A DNA stretch of 32,000 nt. Origin: Candidatus Electrothrix sp. GW3-4 (GTDB lineage: Bacteria > Desulfobacterota > Desulfobulbia > Desulfobulbales > Desulfobulbaceae). Where the stretch lies: the NCBI RefSeq assembly GCF_037902255.1, contig NZ_CP147990.1, forward strand, positions 3,180,001 to 3,212,000. The letters run 5' to 3'. The position numbers and the translations under genes are program-made. Under the pieces are notes generated by a model. That model saw nothing but the letters and a program-made list of their open reading frames with translations, ran no database searches and was not told the origin of the DNA. Of this stretch, positions 24,994-32,000 are shown in pieces (positions within the stretch are counted from its first letter, which is position 1; every line of letters begins with the position of its first letter).

Positions 24994-25444
24994 CAGCAGT
25001 GTAGCTCGTGCAATATGCTTAGTATGAGAAAATACTCACGATCCATTAGTTACCAAACCAATCGACAGAATATCGCATTACTGATTATCTACTTCATCTT
25101 CTCCATCCAACTTACTCCCACGCGACCTCCGACGCCTATCACTCAATCGAGTTCCGCCCGCCATCTCATACTCATTACTATCCCTGCCATACTTCACTTT
25201 CACCCCGGAAAGCATCAACGATGACTTTGGATGATTTGCGTTGAAAGGCTATGAGATTTCCTCCCGAGAGTAGAAATTTTCCTTGGAGAAGAGCTGGTTG
25301 GAGATGACTATTAATCTGCTTAAACCGTTTTGCTTTGCCTGTCAAGAAGTAAAAGGGAGGTTAACCAGGAGAAATCAAGAGGATGTAAGCGTTTTTCTTT
25401 CTGCGGCAAGGAAATTTCGTTTAATGATACTTGTTGTGCTCTTG

Positions 25445-25738
25445 CTCACCAACCCTTGTTGATAACTCAACCTTCCTTGCTGACAGACAACAGACCCTTG
25501 CTGATCGCTGACAACCTTCCTGCAAGAGCAAATAACCTTTTGTTGGCTATCACGAACCTTTTGTCAGTAACAAATAACCTTCTGTTAGCAGCAAACAACT
25601 CCTTGTTTGTTACGAACAGCTTCCTGTTACGAACAAACAACCCTTTGTTGGCTATCACGAACCTTCAGCCAGGAACAAAGAACCTCTTGTTATTAACCGA
25701 CAACCTTCTGTTGGCGAGACACAACTCATTAATTATTC
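25445..25738. repeat. Degenerate tandem array: 14 units of exactly 21 bp, consensus about cAAacAACCtTcTGTTggcta
   Basis: Splitting 25445-25738 into consecutive 21-mers keeps the AACC...TGTT core in register in nearly all units (e.g. caaataaccttttgttggcta / tcacgaaccttttgtcagtaa / caaataaccttctgttagcag / caaacaaccctttgttggcta / ccgacaaccttctgttggcga). No indels break the 21-bp phase. A 22-nt block, tttgttggctatcacgaacctt, recurs exactly 105 bp (5 units) apart. Confidence 0.85.
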
Positions 25739-25932
25739 AAAAAAAGCAATGTAAGACACTGTAAAAATCCTTGTCTGGTGGCGGGAAAAGCCAGGCAGGA
25801 TGCAGCAAGATGAAATATGTTGACGGGAAGCAAAAAAGAAATGCTGAGAAAGCAAATGGAAGGACTGGAGATGGACTGTTCAGCCAAGATGGCTGATGCA
25901 AAGTCCCCGCATCAACCACCCCGGTTTGCTGC

Positions 25933-26241
25933 TTACCTACTCCCGGCAAGCGTCACCTCTTTCCCCTCATCCTCAGCAGTCACCTTGCGAGTGCTGCCAT
26001 CCTTAACCTTCATCTCGCTGTCAGCCTTCAGCACCTGATTCTGGCTTGTGCCCGGCTCAATGGTGGTGGTGAAGTTGCCACCGTACTGATCAATCAGCTC
26101 CACCTCAATGGCAGCAGAAGAGTTGTTTTTCAGGATGACATTGACCGCACCAGCGGCCCAGCCCATTGCTGCGCCAATAAACATGGTGCTGCAAACCAAT
26201 AACACACAGATAGCCTTCCGTATTGCATTTTTATCGTACAT
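25933..26241 (-). CDS. Small secreted protein of unknown function
   Basis: 102-aa ORF with an N-terminal signal/TM segment (AICVLLVCSTMFIGAAMGWAAGA). It lies 54 bp downstream of the SLOG-like gene on the same strand. Confidence 0.5.
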   Translation of the reverse strand: MYDKNAIRKAICVLLVCSTMFIGAAMGWAAGAVNVILKNNSSAAIEVELIDQYGGNFTTTIEPGTSQNQVLKADSEMKVKDGSTRKVTAEDEGKEVTLAGSR

Positions 26242-26295
26242 TGTTGTGTCCTCCCTAAGGGTTTGTTGGGGAAATAAAAAACGTCTTGCAAAAGA

Positions 26296-26847
26296 CTAGG
26301 CGCCAAAGCTGTCCGCATAGAGTTGTTCAATGGCCTCTTTACCGTGATCGCTCAGATAACGGGTGCCAGAACCCACATAGGTATCAAAGGCAATTTGGGG
26401 CCGATCCTCTGCCTGCCAACTCTCATCCTTCCAACCGAACCAGCCCTGGCGATTTTGATCATAGACATGGAGGGGACGGTTAAAGAGCTTGGCCAGCTCC
26501 ACGGCCCAGCCGGTTCCGCCCTTGACCGAGTTGTCATCAAGGATGGTACCGACCACAAAGACCTGATGTCCCTTATTGACCATGTGAAAGATAGCCTGGA
26601 GCACACGACGGATCTTTTCGGTCTCATAATAGGTACGGTTCATCATTCGCGAGGCAATCTCCATACTAATGTCACCGCGTTGCAGCTCTTCCTCGCTCAG
26701 TGAGATCACATTGCGGTCCCGGTTGAGACGATGCCCATCAAAGGTGAAGATGACCTCATCAACGCCGTATTTTTCTGCCAATTCGCCGAACACGGTCTCG
26801 GCACCCTTGAGGCCCCCATGATATAATGTGCATTCTTCTGCCTTCAT
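26296..26847 (-). CDS. Rossmann-like SLOG/DprA/DUF2493-like protein (function unknown)
   Basis: 183-aa ORF. HGGLKGAETVFGELAEKYG resembles the GGaxGaDxxaxxxAxxxG loop of SLOG-superfamily proteins. GGTGWAVELAKLFNRPLHVYD resembles their second glycine-rich loop followed by a buried strand. Motif-level call only. Confidence 0.4.
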   Translation of the reverse strand: MKAEECTLYHGGLKGAETVFGELAEKYGVDEVIFTFDGHRLNRDRNVISLSEEELQRGDISMEIASRMMNRTYYETEKIRRVLQAIFHMVNKGHQVFVVGTILDDNSVKGGTGWAVELAKLFNRPLHVYDQNRQGWFGWKDESWQAEDRPQIAFDTYVGSGTRYLSDHGKEAIEQLYADSFGA

Positions 26848-26970
26848 GATATCTTTCCTTGGTTTGAATTGTTCTTAAAGTATTTATATGAAATTTCTTG
26901 CTGATGCATTCGAGTCACCCAACCAATGTTCATCTTATGTTGTCCCGGCCCGCAGGCTGTGCATACTTTT

Positions 26971-27951
26971 TTATTTTTTCTCTGCGCGAAAAAAGACCCG
27001 CCAGGGGGCTGGGTAGCCCTCTATTGTAAACTCAGGGTTCTCCTTGTCAATAAAATCCTGATAGGATTCAAAAACCATCCACTCGGTCTGTCGCTGCTCC
27101 TGGTCGCTCATAGGGTGCGAGCAGAAACATTTGATCTTGACAAAACCCGCCCGCTGTAACCAGTTATGGAGGCAGACCGCTGTGGGGACAAACCAGGTCC
27201 CAGGGACCTTGGCATAGGTTTTTTCCGGGAACAGGGCCACAGACTCCTCGCCAGGGATGGCCTGGGATTCCAGCAACAGGCTCCCCCCCGGCCTCAGGGC
27301 CGTGAGCAGGTCCCGCAGGGCATCAATGGGGGAAGGACGATGATAGAGGATGCCCAGGCAGAAGATGACATCAAAGCAGGTGGGGAACAGGGGGAGGTGT
27401 TCTATGCCCAGCAGGTCAATGGAGAGGTTTTCCAGACCAGCAAAGGAGTTCAGGGCCTTGAAGGTGTAATAATGATGAACATAGGGCTCAAAGCCCAGAA
27501 CAAACTTGGGGGCCTGGGCCGCCATCCGGAACATATAATAGCCATTATTGCAGCCGATATCCGCCACCACCTTATCCTTGAGCTCAGGCATCTCCGGCAG
27601 GAGGCGGTTCCATTTGCGCCAGCTCTGCCATTCAGTATCAATGTCGATGTCAAAGACAGAAAAGGGCCCCTTGCGCCAAGGCATGAAGCCTTTCAGGACC
27701 TGCAAGACCTGCTCATGTTCCTGGTCGCTGAGATCCTCTCGTTTGCCGATCTGCACTGCATCTCCGCCGAGGTCAAGGGTGGAGGCCCGGAGATGAGCCA
27801 CGCTCTCCATGGGCTCGCGGTAGCGGAGAAAGCCCTTTTTCGGTTGATTGATCCAGGCCTGCTTTTCGGCAAAGACCTGCTGCACCTCTTTCTGGAGGGC
27901 GTCAGGAAAAAATTTAAGGTAGGGAGGGGTATCGTTCTGCGTATCCTTCAT
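26971..27951 (-). CDS. cmoB: tRNA U34 carboxymethyltransferase CmoB (cmo5U synthesis)
   Basis: 326-aa ORF. It has the CmoB-specific blocks LKGFMPWRKGPF, DTEWQSWRKWNRL, SAM-binding DIGCNNGYY, FCLGILYHRPSP and VPGTWFVPT. Confidence 0.9.
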   Translation of the reverse strand: MKDTQNDTPPYLKFFPDALQKEVQQVFAEKQAWINQPKKGFLRYREPMESVAHLRASTLDLGGDAVQIGKREDLSDQEHEQVLQVLKGFMPWRKGPFSVFDIDIDTEWQSWRKWNRLLPEMPELKDKVVADIGCNNGYYMFRMAAQAPKFVLGFEPYVHHYYTFKALNSFAGLENLSIDLLGIEHLPLFPTCFDVIFCLGILYHRPSPIDALRDLLTALRPGGSLLLESQAIPGEESVALFPEKTYAKVPGTWFVPTAVCLHNWLQRAGFVKIKCFCSHPMSDQEQRQTEWMVFESYQDFIDKENPEFTIEGYPAPWRVFFRAEKK

Positions 27952-28164
27952 GCTTTGTTCTTTCTTACAAGGGATCTTATATCTTCACCGACCGGACGGC
28001 GAGGGGGAAGGGGGATTATACTGTTTTCTCCCAAAAGATACCAGCACGCAGTTGCTTGGTTGAAAAGAACAGAGAATCCCTTGACATATTCCCGACACCG
28101 GGTAAAGAGAAAAAGAGGGCCTTGCTGCCAAGTGCTGCTTATTAAGATCTATCAGAGAGAAAAC

Positions 28165-29805
28165 ATGCTCCTTCTCCAACCGTTTTATCACAGTATTCGC
28201 AATCGCTTCTTCCGGGGCCGGATGCTCCTGCGCACCCTGGGTATCCTGATCTTTGGTGCGACCCTGTTTACCGCTCTCTATTTTTTCAGTCATTGGCTTA
28301 TCAAGTATTTTCACAGCCAGGACGATCTCGGAATTATCCTCAGCCTGAAGATCTTTCAGATGGCCTGGATGATCATGTTTGCCATGCTCCTCTTTTCCTC
28401 CATGGTCTCGGCGGTTTCCTCCCTCTATCTCTCTTCGGATAACGAGATCCTCTACAGTGCTCCAGTCCATGAGCGCCAACTCTTTGGCATGCGTTTTCTC
28501 ACCTCCTTCCTCTATACCTCCTGGATGATGGTGATCTTTTCCCTGCCTATCTTTGGGGCCTACGGGACAATCTTTCATGCCGATATGTTGTATTATATCC
28601 TCTTACTGCTTTCGGTCCTGAGCACGGGCCTGACCGCCAATGGCATTGGTCTGGGAGCGACCATCATCCTGGCCAAGGTCTTTCCGGCCAAACGGACCAA
28701 GGATATTACCGTCTATCTCTCCATGCTCTTTGGCATCCTGCTCTATCTGGTTATCCGGCTTATGCGCCCTGAAAAGATGGCAGATCCAGACAGCTTCCCG
28801 GATATCGTGGAGTATCTCTCCAGCATGCAGACCCCGGCCCTGTCCCTGCTACCTCCTGCCTGGGCCAACCAACTCCTCAATGACTATCTCCAGGATCGAC
28901 TGATCGACTGGGGCGCAGTAGGCCTGCTCATCCTCACTCCCATCGTCTGTTACTGGGGCGGGGAGTGGTTGATGGAACGGTTTTTCGCCAGCGGCTTTAC
29001 GAAATCCCAGGAATCCTTTGGCGGGGATCTGAGCTTTGCCAGCAAGCCCTATCACCCTTCGCCCCTGCTCCGCATCTTCCATAAGGAGGCCAAACTCTTT
29101 CTCCGCGACTCCTCGGAATGGTCCCAGCTCTTTCTGGTGGGGGCCCTGATCGTGGTCTACCTCTATAATTTTAAGGCCCTGCCCCTGGAGCGCGCCTTTC
29201 TCTCGGCAGACAAGATCGCCAACATCATCGCCTTTGCCAATATCGGGGCAGCTGGCTTTGTAGCCACCTCCCTGGCAACCCGTTTTGTCTATCCCTCGAT
29301 TGGGGCCGAAGGCATGGCCTTTGCCATGATCCGTTCTTCGCCCCTGACCCTGCAACGCTACCTGGGCTGCAAGTACCTCTTTTATTGCATCCCCTTTACC
29401 CTGGTCATCCTCTTTTTGATTATTACCTCCAACTCCCTGCTTCAGATCACCGGCCCGATGTGGTGGGTCTCCATTGCCATGAGCCTGATCATCACCTGGG
29501 GGGCCTTGGCCCAGGCCCTGGGCTTTGGAGCCATGTATGCGGATTTCAAGATCGAGAGCCGGGCCGCAGTCCAGGGCAGCTTCGGAGCTATCCTCTTTCT
29601 CTTTTGCGCCCTTGCTGTCCAGCTCTTGATCCTGGTCCTGGGCTTTATGGGGAATTTTCGCCTGATGAAGGGGTGGTTGCTCTGGAATCAGATAGACAGT
29701 CACGGGATCTTGCTCTCCTGCCTGACCATTGTGGGCTTGGCGCTCCTGACCTTGCTTTTTTCTCTCTGGTGTCTGCGCAAGGGGATCAGGACGTTGGAGC
29801 AGTAA
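28165..29805 (+). CDS. Polytopic inner-membrane protein, ABC-2/putative-exporter permease-like (546 aa)
   Basis: The track ORF 27166..29805 is 879 aa, but its first 333 codons are antisense to cmoB and low-complexity. The in-frame ATG at 28165 (MLLLQPFYHSIRNRFF...) precedes roughly 10-12 hydrophobic helices. Functional class is a guess from topology and length. Confidence 0.7.
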   Translation: MLLLQPFYHSIRNRFFRGRMLLRTLGILIFGATLFTALYFFSHWLIKYFHSQDDLGIILSLKIFQMAWMIMFAMLLFSSMVSAVSSLYLSSDNEILYSAPVHERQLFGMRFLTSFLYTSWMMVIFSLPIFGAYGTIFHADMLYYILLLLSVLSTGLTANGIGLGATIILAKVFPAKRTKDITVYLSMLFGILLYLVIRLMRPEKMADPDSFPDIVEYLSSMQTPALSLLPPAWANQLLNDYLQDRLIDWGAVGLLILTPIVCYWGGEWLMERFFASGFTKSQESFGGDLSFASKPYHPSPLLRIFHKEAKLFLRDSSEWSQLFLVGALIVVYLYNFKALPLERAFLSADKIANIIAFANIGAAGFVATSLATRFVYPSIGAEGMAFAMIRSSPLTLQRYLGCKYLFYCIPFTLVILFLIITSNSLLQITGPMWWVSIAMSLIITWGALAQALGFGAMYADFKIESRAAVQGSFGAILFLFCALAVQLLILVLGFMGNFRLMKGWLLWNQIDSHGILLSCLTIVGLALLTLLFSLWCLRKGIRTLEQ

Positions 29806-29901
29806 AGGGCTGAGTTGGATCTTGTTTGAATTCTGTTCTTGAAATAAAATGGTTCCATTGTGAGGGAAAGCTGTCTTGAATCAAATTTAACGGGAAGAAC
29901 A

Positions 29902-30351
29902 ATGAAAAGCTCAACTGAGAAGAATGACTGTGACAAGCTGTCCATTGAAGAGGTACATCGGGGACAAGATTTTTTTTGGGAACACATCAAGCATGCAAAC
30001 GAAACCCTGTTGAACAGAAGCAATGTGTTTTTGATATCGCAAACTATATTATTTGGATCATATTCATTAATAGAAAATTCGGTTTCCAAAGCAACAAGTG
30101 CCCATACTGTAACTCTATTAATTATGGGAATAGTTTTAAATATAACATGGGGTTACACTAGCTATAAAATTATCTTTAAAACACAGCTGAACGCAAAATC
30201 AATGCTAATAAATAAAGATAGTCCATATTATTTTCATGCATATGTGGCGGGAAGAGAGAAACGTAAAGAGCGTAACCGTTCAGACCCCTCTCATTTTTTT
30301 ACGCAGCAAGAGGCAGAGGAGGTACATCCAGCCCCTGACGCCGAGCCGTGA
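29902..30351 (+). CDS. AT-rich ORF encoding a 2-TM membrane protein of unknown function; its 3' end reads into IS66-derived sequence (probably truncated or chimeric)
   Basis: The ATG at 29902 (MKSSTEKND...) has GGAAG upstream. Two hydrophobic helices (VFLISQTILFGSYSLI and VTLLIMGIVLNITWGY). Composition switches from AT-rich to GC-rich near 30240-30270, and the last ~50 nt overlap the IS66 transposase C-terminus on the opposite strand. Confidence 0.4.
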   Translation: MKSSTEKNDCDKLSIEEVHRGQDFFWEHIKHANETLLNRSNVFLISQTILFGSYSLIENSVSKATSAHTVTLLIMGIVLNITWGYTSYKIIFKTQLNAKSMLINKDSPYYFHAYVAGREKRKERNRSDPSHFFTQQEAEEVHPAPDAEP

Positions 30352-31891
30352 TAACCTCGGCGAGATATTTCCACGGACAGGCGTTGCGCTTCCTACACGT
30401 ATCAATCACGCTCGCAAGTATGGCGAACACATGACTACCTTGACCATTACGGGTACCGTGGCTTAATTTGCGCGCAATAACCCAATGACGTAACGCTTGC
30501 TCCGCCTCATTATTGGTCAGGGGCCACGTCGGATTCGACAACACATGAAAAATCGTGTCCCAGTCGTTGAGAAATTCTCTGGCCAGCTCGCGTGTTTTTT
30601 TATGGTCTGAATCGCGATATCTCATGCAGCACGCCTTAAATTCGGCCAGAAATTCTCTGTATATTGGCAAAAGATCCGTGGGTGGTCCCTCGCGAGCCTT
30701 GTAAATTACATCCATCAACTCGGTGAGCACCGCATGGGCCTCGGTGCCGAATGTGCGGGGATCATCGCTCAGGCTCTGTTTCAAGCCTTTTGTCTTGCGC
30801 AGTAAATGCGCCCAGCAGCGGAGCCTGTTGAGGAACTTACGATAGGCCTTGTAGCCGTCGCTCATCAGCACCCCCTTAAAGGTTTGGCCGAGCACATAAT
30901 CAAGTACTTTTTGGCTGCGAAGGCCAATGATGTAAAAGGTGACTTTCAGCGAGGTAAAGACCCATAACCATCGTTTTTCGGCCCACTCCTTCCAGGATGT
31001 CTCATCCACGAACAGGATCAGTGATTCACGCACCTCCTCAAGAAACTCATCGCTAAGGGGAGAAGCGGCGCGGCCAGCTTCATGGATACATTGATTGATC
31101 GTGCCGATGCCCAAATCCAATCGCAGCCAATCTTGCAAAAATTCCCGGATGCGGCGGCGGGAAAGGCGCATGCGCTTGGAGAGGCACACGATCAGAGCGG
31201 TCAATTTTGGGCCGACCATGTGCCATTGGCTTATTTCAACCCCCCAGTCTTCGTTTTTTTCGAGACGATGGGGCATAAGCCGATTGACATGACCACAGCC
31301 GCCGCACGTCGTGTCTCCGTAGATATGCTTGGTGTTGATCACCTCTATTCCCGGACCGGTGGCATCGCCCACCTCAATATCAACGACATAATGACCGGTG
31401 CGAGCGGTGAAGTCGCATGTTTCGTCCAGCTCAAGGTTACAAGCCGAGCAGGTGCCTGCTTTGTGAATGATGGTGTCGTGTACGGGAAGTTTTTGCGTTC
31501 GACCATGCCCGGTGGCACCGGGTTGCTTGCCGGGTTTGTTGCCCTTGGGGCGATCATCAATATTTTTGGGGGAATCCTGCTGGTCGGACTTGTCCGCATC
31601 TTCATCATGCTCGGCGGACTCCTCGTCAGAATCGTCGAGTTCTATGTGCGTGGCTTCGACTTGCTCTTCATCCGGTTCCTCCTCGTCGGCTTGAGCGTCG
31701 GCATCAAACCGGGCCCAGGGGAAATTTGAGCTGGGAGGCATGGAGCTGTTTTCGGAATTTTGACCCATCCGTTCATGAAGTTCTTTGAGGTCATCAAGAA
31801 AGAGCAGGCACAGCTCCTTTGCACTCTTACCGGGCAAGGTGTCAATAAACTGCTTATCTATTTTTAGCAACTCTTCTCTGGACAGGTGCAT
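30299..31891 (-). CDS. IS66-family transposase (single-ORF type; leucine-zipper, zinc-finger and DDE domains)
   Basis: 530-aa ORF. N-terminal NSENSSMPPSS motif, Cys pairs (CSACNLELDE; CGGCGHVN), and DDE-region blocks (LFVDETSWKE, LMSDGYKAYR, CWAHLLRK, TNNEAEQALRHWVIARK) are typical of IS66 TnpC. No tnpA or tnpB is visible in the 109 bp left upstream. The IS termini are not resolved within the window. Confidence 0.9.
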   Translation of the reverse strand: MHLSREELLKIDKQFIDTLPGKSAKELCLLFLDDLKELHERMGQNSENSSMPPSSNFPWARFDADAQADEEEPDEEQVEATHIELDDSDEESAEHDEDADKSDQQDSPKNIDDRPKGNKPGKQPGATGHGRTQKLPVHDTIIHKAGTCSACNLELDETCDFTARTGHYVVDIEVGDATGPGIEVINTKHIYGDTTCGGCGHVNRLMPHRLEKNEDWGVEISQWHMVGPKLTALIVCLSKRMRLSRRRIREFLQDWLRLDLGIGTINQCIHEAGRAASPLSDEFLEEVRESLILFVDETSWKEWAEKRWLWVFTSLKVTFYIIGLRSQKVLDYVLGQTFKGVLMSDGYKAYRKFLNRLRCWAHLLRKTKGLKQSLSDDPRTFGTEAHAVLTELMDVIYKAREGPPTDLLPIYREFLAEFKACCMRYRDSDHKKTRELAREFLNDWDTIFHVLSNPTWPLTNNEAEQALRHWVIARKLSHGTRNGQGSHVFAILASVIDTCRKRNACPWKYLAEVITARRQGLDVPPLPLAA

Positions 31892-32000
31892 GCGAACTCA
31901 GAACGTGGATAGATCTCGTAAAAAACGTTGTGACCGTTAAACTATCGTGATCCTCTTTTTTGTCCAGTTCTTTTTTGTGTGGAATGAGGGGGATGAACGG

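Noticed and set aside
25078-25215. 45-codon minus-strand ORF (MLSGVKVKYGRDSNEYEMAGGTRLSDRRRRSRGSKLDGEDEVDNQ*) upstream of the AT-rich operon
   Set aside because: It is short, has no convincing SD and no recognisable family. It could be a remnant of a disrupted gene or a chance ORF, and the evidence is too weak to annotate.
25445-25738. CRISPR array interpretation of the periodic repeats
   Set aside because: The units are contiguous 21-mers that are all variants of one consensus. There is no alternation of conserved repeats with unique spacers, and no cas genes are in the window.
25330-25764. 144-aa (+) and 63-aa (-, 25467..25658) ORFs across the 21-bp repeat array as real heptad-repeat proteins
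   Set aside because: The repeat consensus lacks stop codons in several frames, so open frames are expected by construction. Starts are TTG/GTG without an SD, there is no internal Met, and the composition is odd. I kept this only as alternative (c) in the repeat finding.
27166-28164. N-terminal 333 codons of the 879-aa track ORF (27166..29805)
   Set aside because: This part is entirely antisense to the well-supported cmoB gene and reads as low-complexity G/R/E/Q-rich sequence. The hydrophobic membrane protein begins at the in-frame ATG at 28165, so I treat the extension as an antisense open-frame artefact.
30288-31935. Candidate IS66 terminal inverted repeats (TTTTTTTACGCAG near 30294 versus CGTAAAAAACG near 31915) and direct repeats (GTAACCGTTCAGAC at 30272 versus GTGACCGTTAAAC near 31928)
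   Set aside because: Only about 9 bp match in the inverted pair, and the direct pair is imperfect (not an exact 8-bp duplication). The upstream IS end may lie beyond position 32000, so the boundaries are left unresolved.

Overview
This is a 32-kb bacterial chromosomal window. By eye the backbone is mid-G+C (about 50-55%, not computed), and taxonomy cannot be established from sequence alone.

**1-8.3 kb: ordinary housekeeping, envelope and signalling genes.** These are epmA, a PilZ protein, uppP, a GT39/ArnT-like glycosyltransferase, a family-5 ABC solute-binding protein, a receiver-first HisKA_3 histidine kinase and tsaE.

**8.5-14.4 kb: the first region of interest.** A YcaO-TPR gene is packed head-to-tail (11-bp and 16-bp gaps) with a 107-aa Trypco2-like gene. 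Next comes a 1014-aa trypsin-like protease / STAND NTPase / degenerate WD40 protein, then a MntA/HepT toxin-antitoxin pair. A truncated heptosyltransferase remnant follows.

**14.7-20.3 kb: mostly recognisable genes.** These are two secreted proteins of unknown function, a DUF62-type SAM hydrolase/halogenase-family gene, a PAS hybrid histidine kinase and a DEAD-box helicase.

**20.7-32 kb: a mosaic accessory region.**
- An IS3-family element (inverted repeats found, A9 recoding tract) has cut a response-regulator gene.
- The IS3 abuts a strongly AT-rich, translationally coupled three-gene operon (427, 182 and about 304 aa). I recognise no domains in it, and it is my top candidate for an undescribed system.
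- A 14 x 21-bp phased degenerate tandem array follows.
- Next come a small secreted protein, a SLOG/DprA-like Rossmann protein, cmoB and a polytopic membrane protein.
- A second AT-rich patch carries a 2-TM ORF that runs into a single-ORF IS66-family transposase.

I found no rRNA, tRNA or CRISPR array. All functional calls rest on motifs read by eye. No database searches were run.
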